A stretch of DNA of 64,000 bases from a virus: the IMG/VR virus record IMGVR_UViG_3300027770_000029; one strand, written 5' to 3'. The notes under the pieces are model-generated. The model made no database searches. It saw nothing but the letters and a program-made list of their open reading frames with translations, and was not told the DNA's origin. Positions 46,259 to 55,218 of the stretch are shown piece by piece. The stretch's first letter is position 1. Every line of letters begins with the position of its first letter. The translations under genes and the position numbers were made by a program.

Positions 46259-46334
46259 AGGCGGGTAGCTCAGCGGTCAGAGCAGGTGGCTTATATCCAC
46301 CCGGTCGTGGGTTCAATCCCCACCCCGCCTACCA
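46259..46334 (+). tRNA. trnI: tRNA-Ile(TAT)
   Basis: Cloverleaf, GGTGG-CTTATAT-CCACC, A73, CCA. Confidence 0.85.
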
Positions 46335-46339
46335 ATGCC

Positions 46340-46445
46340 AATGATCGTAAGGCCTGATTCCATTAGATGGGTTCTCCTGAATTAACAGGGCAATACTATG
46401 ATCCAGCTAATGGAATCCGATCTGACACTCTGGAAAGACAGAGAA
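46340..46445 (+). ncRNA. Unassigned structured RNA
   Basis: 11-bp GATTCCATTAG/CTAATGGAATC; CTCTG-GAAAGA-CAGAG hairpin. Confidence 0.45.
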
Positions 46446-46451
46446 CTTCTT

Positions 46452-46528
46452 CTCACCATAGCTCAGCTGGATAGAGCAGCAGCCTTCTAAGCTGCGGGTC
46501 ATTGGTTCGAATCCAATTGGTGAGGCCA
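46452..46528 (+). tRNA. trnR: tRNA-Arg(TCT)
   Basis: GCAGC-CTTCTAA-GCTGC, CCA. Confidence 0.92.
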
Positions 46529-46625
46529 TTTCGTTGAAGGTTTACGATGAAACTTCTATCAGTAATTTACCAGCTTGTGAGAGCGATTCACCGCGCTCTG
46601 AGGTGCTTCGGAAAGTCAAAGTAGA

Positions 46626-46646
46626 GGGGGCGTAGCTCAGCTGGGA
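46626..46646 (+). pseudogene. 5' remnant of a canonical tRNA-Ala
   Basis: GGGGGCGTAGCTCAGCTGGGA then abrupt loss of tRNA pattern. Confidence 0.7.
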
Positions 46647-46697
46647 AAACTTCAAATTTGATTGCAATTTATTTGCTCTCCCAGAATAATTAGGTTT

Positions 46698-47273
46698 ATG
46701 TGGACATGCAAACATTGCAAGAATAATTTTGAGTTTGATTCTTTGTCTGATAAAGCTAATCACTCTAGATGGTGCGAAAAAAATCCAAAAAAAGAAAACA
46801 CTGAGAGCTTAAAACTCGCGCAGTCACTTTCAGTAGAAAAAAGACTTGGGCCGATTCAAGAATTTGAAGTCTTTTGCGAGACTTGCTCCAAACTCTTTAT
46901 GATTAAAGAGAGAGCAAAGAAATTTCCGTCTAAAGAAAAATACTTTTGCTCAAGAAGCTGCGCAAATTCTTTAGGCGGAAAAGCAAAATCAGAAAAATAC
47001 AGGATCAATGAACCGAAGCATTACGTAGCTATTGCGTGGAAATACCATGATAAAGTTTGCTGCGTTTGCGACGAAAATAAGATTGTAGCTGTTCATCATT
47101 GTGATGAGAATCACGACAATAATGATCCAAAAAATCTAGTTCCTCTTTGTCCAACTCATCATCAGTACATGCATAGCAGATACAAAATCGAAATACAAGA
47201 TAAAGTTCAGAAATACATCAATGATAAATGGGCTGTAAGTGTTGTCGGGGGCACACGGGCTTTGCAAGCCTGA
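46698..47273 (+). CDS. HNH homing-endonuclease-like protein
   Basis: CCVC...VHH.D....NNDPKNLVPLCPTHH; AT-rich; stop inside tRNA-Ala. Confidence 0.85.
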   Translation: MWTCKHCKNNFEFDSLSDKANHSRWCEKNPKKENTESLKLAQSLSVEKRLGPIQEFEVFCETCSKLFMIKERAKKFPSKEKYFCSRSCANSLGGKAKSEKYRINEPKHYVAIAWKYHDKVCCVCDENKIVAVHHCDENHDNNDPKNLVPLCPTHHQYMHSRYKIEIQDKVQKYINDKWAVSVVGGTRALQA

Positions 47274-47304
47274 AGGACCGGTTCGATTCCGGTACGGTCC
47301 ACCA
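47230..47304 (+). tRNA. trnA: tRNA-Ala(TGC), atypical D-arm
   Basis: G3.U70, loop TTTGCAA, A73, CCA. Confidence 0.85.
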
Positions 47305-47342
47305 TTCAACAATCGCACGAGAGTGCACAATCAAGGAGAAAA

Positions 47343-47651
47343 ATGCGTAACTTCACGATCTCTGCTTTTGCAGTCGCAGCTCTGGCCCTTGCTGGCTGCC
47401 ATCATGACGATGACAAGGACGACGACACTGTTACCTGCCCTCAGGATACTGCTGGTCAGGACACTGCCGTGACCGATCCGGTTGACACCGCGGACACCAG
47501 CGGTGGCGATACTGCCGATACTTCGACTCCGCAGGATACGGCGTCCCAGGATACCGGGGCTGACACTGGTGCTGGTAGCGACACCGGCGCAACTGATACT
47601 GGCGCTTCCAGCGACACTGGTTCCGGCGGCACCGACACCTCGGCTCCCTAA
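47343..47651 (+). CDS. Asp/Thr-rich lipoprotein
   Basis: Lipobox LAGC, DTG/DTA repeats. Confidence 0.75.
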   Translation: MRNFTISAFAVAALALAGCHHDDDKDDDTVTCPQDTAGQDTAVTDPVDTADTSGGDTADTSTPQDTASQDTGADTGAGSDTGATDTGASSDTGSGGTDTSAP

Positions 47652-47659
47652 CAGATTTT

Positions 47660-47751
47660 GGGAGAGCTGCTAGGGCGGTGGTCTAGCGACGAGCTGTAAA
47701 CCCGTTCCCTCAGGGCAAACACTGTCAGTTCGAATCTGACCTCTCCCACCA
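47660..47751 (+). tRNA. trnY: tRNA-Tyr(GTA)
   Basis: Loop CTGTAAA, long variable arm, CCA. Confidence 0.88.
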
Positions 47752-47755
47752 TCGA

Positions 47756-47832
47756 AGGACTATAGCTCAGTTGGTTAGAGCTAGCGTTTCATACACACTC
47801 GGTCACTTGTTCGAATCAAGTTAGTGCCACCA
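47756..47832 (+). tRNA. tRNA with CAT anticodon (Met or Ile2), stem mismatches
   Basis: Loop TTCATAC, canonical D and T arms, mismatched acceptor. Confidence 0.65.
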
Positions 47833-47833
47833 T

Positions 47834-47908
<75 letters not shown>

Positions 47909-47912
47909 CATT

Positions 47913-47989
<77 letters not shown>

Positions 47990-47995
47990 CATGAC

Positions 47996-48079
47996 GCGCG
48001 GATGGTGGAATGGTATACACGCAGGTCTTAGAAGCCTGTGCCTGACGGCTTGAGGGTTCAAGTCCCTCTTCGCGCACCA
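47996..48079 (+). tRNA. trnL: tRNA-Leu(TAG)
   Basis: Loop CTTAGAA, long variable arm, CCA. Confidence 0.92.
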
Positions 48080-48146
48080 CCTATAAAATTAGAAAGTTGA
48101 TTAACCTGAATCAATCGTATGAGTATATTTAGAACCGAGGGTTCGA

Positions 48147-48929
48147 ATGTTTTCATGCGACTGTGAGTTTTTGACAGATTCTCTTAGAACTTTAAGGAGT
48201 CATTACGCAGCAAATCACGGCAGCGGAATCTCTTTCTTTGAAAAGTTCGATGACGTAATCACTTCCAATTGGGAAGATTTCCCACAAAGAGCGATTCGCT
48301 CGTTCTTACTTTGGAAGTCAAATTACAAATGCACGTCATGTGGATACGAAAAAACACGAGAGTGCGGTGCTTCGATACTTGAAGTTGATCACATCGATGG
48401 AAATCATGATAATAACTCTTTAAGTAACCTTCGCATTCTTTGCCCAAACTGTCACGCTCTAACTCCAAAATATCGAAATTGGTCGAACAAAGGAAACGAA
48501 AAGCATGCTTCATCACTAAGACCGGGTAATGCTGGTTATAATGAAAGGCACAAGACCCAAGAAGCGAAGAGATTTGAACGACAACTCAAAATTGAAACGA
48601 AGAAAGCTCAGACGACTGAGATAAAACGTGATAAGAAGAAAGTTTTTCGAGAGTTTGAAAAAACTAAGATTAACTTTCAGGAAAGGTTTATTCAAAAAGT
48701 GAATGAGCTTCATCAATCTAAAGAGATTGACTTTTCAAAGTATGGATGGGTTCAGTTATTAGCTGAACGTTGTAATGAACATCCACAAGTCGTCGGTCGT
48801 AGAGTTCGCTCACTAATGCCTGATTTTTATCTTGAACATTGCTTCAGCAGAAGATATAATCATTACATCAAGAATATGGAGAGCATCCGGCCAGATGAGG
48901 AAACAGCCTTGAAAACTGTCGCGGGTTAA
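48147..48929 (+). CDS. HNH homing-endonuclease-like protein
   Basis: CTSC...LEVDHIDGNHDNNSLSNLRILCPNCH; stop inside tRNA-Ser. Confidence 0.9.
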   Translation: MFSCDCEFLTDSLRTLRSHYAANHGSGISFFEKFDDVITSNWEDFPQRAIRSFLLWKSNYKCTSCGYEKTRECGASILEVDHIDGNHDNNSLSNLRILCPNCHALTPKYRNWSNKGNEKHASSLRPGNAGYNERHKTQEAKRFERQLKIETKKAQTTEIKRDKKKVFREFEKTKINFQERFIQKVNELHQSKEIDFSKYGWVQLLAERCNEHPQVVGRRVRSLMPDFYLEHCFSRRYNHYIKNMESIRPDEETALKTVAG

Positions 48930-48966
48930 GAGCCCGTTGTGGGTGCGAGTCCCACGCTCTCCGCCA
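48878..48966 (+). tRNA. trnS: tRNA-Ser(TGA), atypical D and T loops
   Basis: GGAGAGC/GCTCTCC, loop CTTGAAA, variable arm, T-loop TGCGAGT, G73, CCA. Confidence 0.8.
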
Positions 48967-48970
48967 TCTT

Positions 48971-49044
48971 GCCCCCTTAATTTAATGGTAAAATACCTGT
49001 TTTGTAATCAGGCTTTGTTGGTTCGATTCCGACAGGGGGCACCA
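48971..49044 (+). tRNA. trnT: tRNA-Thr(TGT)
   Basis: Loop TTTGTAA, CCA. Confidence 0.88.
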
Positions 49045-49049
49045 CACGG

Positions 49050-49081
49050 CCGGCATCTAATAATAGATGCCGGCTTTTTTG
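49050..49081 (+). terminator. Intrinsic terminator
   Basis: GCCGGCATCTA-ATAA-TAGATGCCGGC then T-run. Confidence 0.8.
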
Positions 49082-49115
49082 ATGATAGCAATCAACAACA
49101 AAGGAACAATCAACA

Positions 49116-49462
49116 TGAAGCTCGCTAATGTCCTACTTCTTCTTCCTCTCCTCACCCTTGCAGCATGCGGCGGAGATGATGACAAGACCAGCACCGTTGA
49201 TACCGCAGCTTGCGGTGAGGGTGATACCAGCTCGGTCGATACTGCTGTGACTGTCACCTGCACCGACGCCACGGGCACCTACGACGTCGGCGCCACGTGG
49301 ACCTGCGAGGATGGCTGCAACTCCTGCTCTTGCCAGGAGGATGGAACGGTCGCTCAGACCGAGATGGCGTGCCCTGATACCGGTGACACGGGCGGTGAGG
49401 TTCCCCCTGACACTGGCTCCTCTGATACGGGTTCCTCTACCGACACCTCCACCGAGGGTTGA
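49116..49462 (+). CDS. Lipoprotein with pacifastin/VWC-like Cys motif
   Basis: LAAC lipobox; GATWTCEDGCNSCSCQEDG. Confidence 0.7.
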
Positions 49463-49466
49463 TAAA

Positions 49467-50456
49467 ATGATCGCGATTCTTTCCCTGCTCATCGCATGCT
49501 CCGATGCCAGCAACGTTGCGGAGCCCGTAAATCCGCAGATCACGGATGCTGTCACGGTTGATCGTACTAAGCTTGGAGCGTTCCAGCCGCTCCCGGAAAA
49601 CTTCTTCATTGCGGGAGCGGAGCCTTCTCCTGATCTGATCTTTCTCGGTCGCCGTCTCTTCTTTGAGACCCAGCTCTCGGCCGACGCCAACATGTCATGC
49701 TCCACCTGTCATAATGTTGCGAAGGACGGCGCTGATGAGCATAAGTTCTCCCCGGGTCACAAGATGACGCCGGCAGGTCGTAACTCTCCGACGGTCTTCA
49801 ACGCAGCAGGACAGGCTTCCCAGTTTTGGGACGGTCGAGCAAAGACGGTCGAGGAGCAGGCACTCGGTCCTATCCTCGCTGCGGGTGAGATGGCGATGCC
49901 GGATGCCGAGACCGTTGCCCGCGTCCTCAAGGAGGATCCCACCTACGTTGTTGAGTTCGCGAAGGCATTCCCGGGTGAGAAGGATCCCCTCACTTTTGAG
50001 AACGTCGGTGTCGCCATCGGTGCCTACGAGCGAACGCTGGTCACACCCTCCAGGTGGGACGCTTTCCTCCAGGGTGACGATGCCGCTCTCACCAACGACG
50101 AGAAGCGGGGCCTCAATACCTTCATGGAGGTCGGTTGCACGGCATGTCATAACGGCACTCTTCTCGGTGGTGCGTCTTTCATGAAGCTCGGTGCTGTGGA
50201 GCCTTGGCCCAACCAGGCAGACCAGGGGCGATTCGGAGTGACGGGACAGGAAACCGATCGGATGGTCTTCAAGGTGTCTTCCCTTCGCAATTCCACTGAG
50301 ACGGCACCCTACTTCCACGATGCATCTTCCGAGAGCCTGGGCGCAGCCGTCTACATGATGGGAAAGCACCAGCTTGGTAAGTCTCTCACCCCTGAGCAGG
50401 TGACTGATATTGTGAGCTTTCTCGGGTCCACAAAGGGAAATCCAGCTTCCTTCTGA
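49467..50456 (+). CDS. Di-heme cytochrome c peroxidase (CcpA/MauG family), lipoprotein-type N-terminus
   Basis: CSTCH and CTACH heme motifs, RNSPTVFNA, QFWDGRA, APYFHD. Confidence 0.93.
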   Translation: MIAILSLLIACSDASNVAEPVNPQITDAVTVDRTKLGAFQPLPENFFIAGAEPSPDLIFLGRRLFFETQLSADANMSCSTCHNVAKDGADEHKFSPGHKMTPAGRNSPTVFNAAGQASQFWDGRAKTVEEQALGPILAAGEMAMPDAETVARVLKEDPTYVVEFAKAFPGEKDPLTFENVGVAIGAYERTLVTPSRWDAFLQGDDAALTNDEKRGLNTFMEVGCTACHNGTLLGGASFMKLGAVEPWPNQADQGRFGVTGQETDRMVFKVSSLRNSTETAPYFHDASSESLGAAVYMMGKHQLGKSLTPEQVTDIVSFLGSTKGNPASF

Positions 50457-50461
50457 ACTTT

Positions 50462-50548
50462 GGAGACGTGGGTGAGTGGCTCAAACCAGTCCCTTGCTAA
50501 GGGACCACCGGCGAAAGTTGGTCGCAGGTTCGAATCCTGCCGTCTCCG
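50462..50548 (+). tRNA. trnS: tRNA-Ser(GCT), no encoded CCA
   Basis: GTCCC-TTGCTAA-GGGAC, long variable arm. Confidence 0.9.
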
Positions 50549-50708
50549 TACTAACGGCTCCTGATCAGAGATCGTATACACGGGACCATGCTCGCATGGC
50601 GAAATCCCGTCCAAATCGTAGGTTGGCACAGTTCGCGGCTCTGGAGGTATTCCAAAAGCCGCTTTTCTTTTATCTGATACAGACTTAACGGCATCAGGAC
50701 AAGAACAA

Positions 50709-51008
50709 ATGGCAATTCACATATCAGAAATCAAGCTCCGCCAGATCATCAAAGAAGAATTGTTTCGTGAGTCGAAGGATAACGACCCTCCGGCTGAAAT
50801 TTCTTACGAAGTTGAGGTCCCGCACCGGCCGCATGATCATGATGAGGAGATCGCTGATGCTATCCAGAAAGCTCAGACGAAAGCTATCGACGATCACAGC
50901 GCGAGATATGATATAAGCGATGATCACGGTGATGGATATAAGAAACTTGGGAAGACAAAGGGCGGAAAAATTCGATACAAGGTCTACTTGTCCCATATCA
51001 AGAGGTAG
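50709..51008 (+). CDS. Tagged protein (ISEIKLRQIIKEE)
   Basis: Tag motif. Confidence 0.75.
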   Translation: MAIHISEIKLRQIIKEELFRESKDNDPPAEISYEVEVPHRPHDHDEEIADAIQKAQTKAIDDHSARYDISDDHGDGYKKLGKTKGGKIRYKVYLSHIKR

Positions 51009-51020
51009 CAGGAGAAAATT

Positions 51021-51593
51021 ATGAGCTCTACACCGACTCTCCTTCGCCAGCTTATTCGTGAGAGCATCTCTCGACCCAAAATTTACGTTCTTGTCGGACC
51101 TCCCGGAGTCGGAAAGTCGCACTGGGTTCGACAGAACGTGCGTGACGCTTATATCATCAGCAGGGATGACATTGTTGATGCAGTTCGAGCTCCTCACGGA
51201 ATCAAATACAATGACACGTTTGGCCCAGCGGGTCGTCACATCTCAAAGGAAGTTGATAGAGAATTTCGTAATCGTGTCGCGGGAGCAGCCCAGTCGGGTC
51301 AGGATATAGTCGTTGACATGACAAATATGGGGGTCGGTTCCAGAAAGAGCGCTCTGAAAGCCATTGCGGGACGTGAGAGAGAATATGAGAAGATTGCTGT
51401 CTTCTTTGACTATCGCGGGATGGAGAGCAAAGTGCAACGATCGGTCGATCTCCGTGCTGCAGAGCTCCAGGACAAAAACTTGAGCCCTGCAATCATGCAA
51501 AGCATGTTTAATCGTCTGGAACTACCGACACGAGAAGAGGGTTTCGATGATATTATTGTCGTTGACCCGTCAGAGACATTAAATCGTCCCTAG
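51021..51593 (+). CDS. P-loop kinase (AAA_33 / polynucleotide-kinase-like)
   Basis: GPPGVGKS, ISRDD, VVDMTN, PT.EEGF; N-terminal LRQLIRES tag. Confidence 0.85.
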   Translation: MSSTPTLLRQLIRESISRPKIYVLVGPPGVGKSHWVRQNVRDAYIISRDDIVDAVRAPHGIKYNDTFGPAGRHISKEVDREFRNRVAGAAQSGQDIVVDMTNMGVGSRKSALKAIAGREREYEKIAVFFDYRGMESKVQRSVDLRAAELQDKNLSPAIMQSMFNRLELPTREEGFDDIIVVDPSETLNRP

Positions 51594-51622
51594 CTCCTCC
51601 TATAGTTAGAAGAGGAGCGACA

Positions 51623-52804
51623 ATGAACAGAATCCCACGTTTACTACTTTTCGCCCTTCTGCTGCCACTCGAGAACGGCTGCATGGATTCTGAGCTTCAT
51701 CCGGTTAAAGATCCGCCTCCGGATGGGACGCCTGCGATCCAGGTCGACCCGGAGTCAATTGACTTTGGGATCGTTCCAGCGGGTGAGAGCTCAGCTAGCA
51801 TCATAACGATGTCATCGGTGGGTTCTGTCGCTCTCAATGTGACAGCGATGCAGATAGGAGAGGGACGAGAGACGTTCACGCTCCTTGAGCCATTGACGGG
51901 AACATATGAGCCTGATGATTCTGTTGAGCTAACGATCACTTACAATTCAGATGGGAGTGAAACAAGCGGTGTCCTTCAAATCCTTTCTAACGATCCTAGC
52001 CATCCTAATACTAGTGTGCCTCTGCTAGCTCACGCAGAGATCAATGTCGATACGGGAGAGACAGGCGATACTGCACCGCCACTTTCGCAACCCGTTGCAG
52101 TCTGCTCCGTTGATCCGATTGAGGTGGAGGCGATTCACGGATCAGCCGATTGGGTCGGAAATTCTTCATACGATTCAGATGGTTCAATCGTTGATTATCG
52201 CTGGACGTTGATCTCGTCACCAGCGGGTGCAACAGCAACAACGCCAGCTGGAACTGCGAATCGTCGTAACTTTGTTCCTGATGTCGCTGGAGAATACATC
52301 GGAGAGCTTGTAGTGGTCGACAACGATGGCCTAGAGTCGGAGCCGTGTCAGGCGACCTTGAACGCCACCGCTGGTAGCGGTCTCTGGATCGAGATGTTCT
52401 GGACCTACTCGGGAGATGACATGGACCTTCACCTCCTGGATGACGGTGGGGTCCTGACGGGAACATCCGACTGCTATTACGCGAACTGCACCTGGGGCGG
52501 ACTTAACTGGGGCGCCGCAGGCACTGCTGACAACCCCGTTCTCGATCTCGATGACATCATGGGAACTGGTCCCGAGAACATCAACATCGACTCACCGGCA
52601 CGAGGGACCTACACGGTCTACGTGCACGACTACCCAGGTTCCGTCTACATGGGTCAGAACGACGTTACGGTGAGTGTGTATCTTGGAGGCTCTCTCATCT
52701 GGACTGACACTAGAAACGTCAACTCGGAAGGTTGCTATGAGCCGTTTGTTGAAGTCAACGTTCCTGGAGGGGCTACGACCGATCTTTACGGCAGCTGTAG
52801 ATGA
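51623..52804 (+). CDS. Secreted/lipoprotein with ASPM-SPD2-Hydin, PKD-like and YfaP-like domains
   Basis: Signal peptide plus C; IDFG, SNDP, SYDSDGSIVDYRW, DMDLHL, GPENI. Confidence 0.75.
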   Translation: MNRIPRLLLFALLLPLENGCMDSELHPVKDPPPDGTPAIQVDPESIDFGIVPAGESSASIITMSSVGSVALNVTAMQIGEGRETFTLLEPLTGTYEPDDSVELTITYNSDGSETSGVLQILSNDPSHPNTSVPLLAHAEINVDTGETGDTAPPLSQPVAVCSVDPIEVEAIHGSADWVGNSSYDSDGSIVDYRWTLISSPAGATATTPAGTANRRNFVPDVAGEYIGELVVVDNDGLESEPCQATLNATAGSGLWIEMFWTYSGDDMDLHLLDDGGVLTGTSDCYYANCTWGGLNWGAAGTADNPVLDLDDIMGTGPENINIDSPARGTYTVYVHDYPGSVYMGQNDVTVSVYLGGSLIWTDTRNVNSEGCYEPFVEVNVPGGATTDLYGSCR

Positions 52805-52946
52805 TTTTTAAGATTGTCGACTACTGGTTCAGGCTCTTCATGTGGATGCTGCTTGATCCGATGGGTCGAACATTTTTCTGGATCTCAGATGTCACGTTGC
52901 TAATTGCGTGCGCATCATTTCTGTGGTACACAAAGGATGAAAAGAA

Positions 52947-53174
52947 ATGAGATGGAGAACGTCAGGTGAGTCACCAGCCGGGAGGCATAAACTCTCGGAG
53001 CCGCGCGCGAAGACAAAGGCACCACATGACCCGACTTATGGTCACGAGCCTGACATGCTTGACGCGCCGGGTCTCATGGTGGAACCTGACGTTCGTCGTA
53101 AGATCGCAAAATACTTCAAGCAGATGAGGCTTCGCGAGATGATAGAGGAAATTATCGATGAGATGATTAGGTGA
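52947..53174 (+). CDS. Small protein with C-terminal LREMIEEII helix
   Basis: SD, ORF track. Confidence 0.6.
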   Translation: MRWRTSGESPAGRHKLSEPRAKTKAPHDPTYGHEPDMLDAPGLMVEPDVRRKIAKYFKQMRLREMIEEIIDEMIR

Positions 53175-54201
53175 AGTGACCTAGATCAGCCAGAACAAGC
53201 TCACCTGTCTCCGGCCTTAGCATGATGTTGTTTCCGTGAACGTCAGACGGATTGATGTTCATTGACTTTAGATCCTCAAGTGCGCTCACGAGTTCCCGGA
53301 CTCCCTTGATTCTTCCAAGCGGTCCAGGGACTTCTTTCGTCGGCTCTTTCGGAACCGCTCGACGTCCGAGCAAGCTCGTTATTGAGCTCATTATCATCTG
53401 ATTCAACGACTGTATTGAACCAGGTCTGGTGATTCCAAGCGCGCGGCACCAGAGCTCAACTTTCTTTCCAATCGCCGATCTTAGTCCGTCAATGGCCGAG
53501 AGCATTATTCCACTACCTTGATCTGTTACCTCAGGGTCATAAGATGCGGAGACCAGCATTTTCTTAAGTCTGCTGAATTCTTCGGCTGGGTCTGATTTTC
53601 TTGGAGCACCGGCAATCGCTGCGTCGACCGCGCGCTTCGATCTGCTCATTGCCTCATCAACGACTGCTGAGAAAGCTTCACGATCGCTAACAAGAGAGCC
53701 TAAAGAGTGGATGGATCGAGTCGCTGGCTGGGTAATGAGATCGAACATATTTCCCGGTAGCTCCTCGAGTCTCTCCATGACAATGACACCCAGATTCTCT
53801 GGACTTCCAAAGTCATCAGTTGGAAGCGGAACTCCCAGGTCCTCTAGCGTTCTGATCTTATAGATCACTGGCATATGGCGAGCAACCCGGTCTGGTAGTC
53901 TGACAATCGCTTGCTGGGCGCGTTTGTAGCTCTCGATCTCATTCAGGGGCTGAATCTTAAGAATTACGTTTTCATTTCTCTCGTCGACGGCTGAGAATGT
54001 GTAAGCTCCGTACAGCCTCTTGGATCTTGACAGGTATCGAACGTCGGCCAATCCCATCTCTTCTGCGACATCTTTGGCCACACTTTCCATCTTCGCTCGT
54101 CTCTGCACAAACGGATCTGCTGGGACATGGTGGGCTGGTAGTGGCGCGGTGGCGTCCGATTCCAGCATCAAGCGTATCAGCTTTCTTAGGTTTCCGTTCA
54201 T
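53167..54201 (-). CDS. Protein-kinase-like (APH/RIO-like) protein
   Basis: ILKI, IVMERL, DVHGNN, LADLG; late motif 54207; N-terminal LRKLIR tag. Confidence 0.75.
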   Translation of the reverse strand: MNGNLRKLIRLMLESDATAPLPAHHVPADPFVQRRAKMESVAKDVAEEMGLADVRYLSRSKRLYGAYTFSAVDERNENVILKIQPLNEIESYKRAQQAIVRLPDRVARHMPVIYKIRTLEDLGVPLPTDDFGSPENLGVIVMERLEELPGNMFDLITQPATRSIHSLGSLVSDREAFSAVVDEAMSRSKRAVDAAIAGAPRKSDPAEEFSRLKKMLVSASYDPEVTDQGSGIMLSAIDGLRSAIGKKVELWCRALGITRPGSIQSLNQMIMSSITSLLGRRAVPKEPTKEVPGPLGRIKGVRELVSALEDLKSMNINPSDVHGNNIMLRPETGELVLADLGHFT

Positions 54202-54255
54202 CTTGTTAAATATTCGTTGCAAATTGAACTCGTCACCAGTATAGTCTTTCTGTTG

Positions 54256-54331
54256 GCCCCGGTAGACCAGCGGCAGAGTCAGGAGACTTAAAATCTCTGT
54301 AGGGCGGGTTCGAATCCCGCCCGGGGCACCA
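54256..54331 (+). tRNA. trnL: tRNA-Leu(TAA) with short variable loop
   Basis: GGAGA-CTTAAAA-TCTCT, A73, CCA. Confidence 0.82.
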
Positions 54332-54387
54332 CTCTGTTTATAGTCTCAGTAAAAGAGTTAAAATTAACGTCTCAAAGGAGAAGCACA

Positions 54388-54495
54388 ATGAAGTTCGTCA
54401 TTCTTGCAGTTCTCGGTTCTCTCTTCCTCGGTGGTTGCACCGGTGGTAAGGACGATACCGGCACTGATACGAGCTCTGCCACTACGGCCGAGTGA
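54388..54495 (+). CDS. 35-aa lipoprotein (MKFVILAVLGSLFLGGC...DTG)
   Basis: SD GGAG, lipobox, manual translation. Confidence 0.6.
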   Translation: MKFVILAVLGSLFLGGCTGGKDDTGTDTSSATTAE

Positions 54496-54571
54496 TCCTA
54501 AAGCTCAAAATAGAGCGACGGCTGGCACTGGTTGCCAGCCGTTTTCATATTTACGAGCGGAGAAAATTAGC

Positions 54572-55168
54572 ATGCTAACTGCAATTGGCGACGTGATGAG
54601 GAAGTGCTACGATCGTGGATGGATCACAAATCGTGACGGAAATATCTCACTGTGTCGTAATAACTCGAAGACTCTGTACATCACGCCTTCAGGCTGGAGG
54701 AAGACTATCATCCACCCAGAGCATATCGTGAAGTGCAAGCTTGTCGATGACGGCGTAATCGCTCCTTCCGGACAAACCGCAAGCGGTGAGCTTCATATGC
54801 ACTGGCTCATTCAGAAGGATTTCACAAAAACCCGCGCCGTCGTTCATGTTCACGCGACCCATGTGGTTGCAGCAATGTTTGCAGGTTGGGACCTTCAGGA
54901 GCTCGCCAGACAGTTTCCAGAAGTGAACCGGTACACCCGAGTAGGGCCTAACGTACCTGCCCTGCCGGCAACATCACGTGAACTGGGCGATATGACTGGG
55001 GTGCATCTGGGGTGCCTACCGGACGGGTCGCTCCAGTATGATATCGTAGGGCAAGCGAATCACGGGGTCTGCGCAGTCGCTGGTGATCCGTGGTCAGCTT
55101 TTGAGCACGTTGAGCGTCTCGATCACATCTGCGAGATTGTGCTAAAAAGTGGCGTGAAGCCGAAATAA
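54572..55168 (+). CDS. Class II aldolase/adducin family protein
   Basis: DGNIS, ITPSG, SGE..MH, VVHVH, NHG. Confidence 0.9.
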   Translation: MLTAIGDVMRKCYDRGWITNRDGNISLCRNNSKTLYITPSGWRKTIIHPEHIVKCKLVDDGVIAPSGQTASGELHMHWLIQKDFTKTRAVVHVHATHVVAAMFAGWDLQELARQFPEVNRYTRVGPNVPALPATSRELGDMTGVHLGCLPDGSLQYDIVGQANHGVCAVAGDPWSAFEHVERLDHICEIVLKSGVKPK

Positions 55169-55218
55169 AGATCACAAATTCGAACTCAGGTTAATATCTA
55201 AAACAAGAGGATTAACTT

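Noticed and set aside
50551-50670. Possible riboswitch or ribozyme after tRNA-Ser(GCT)
   Set aside because: The hairpins (CCATGC/GCATGG, ACGGGA/TCCCGT) and a GCGGCT/AGCCGC stem with a T-run are adequately explained as a terminator region. No family motif was recognised.
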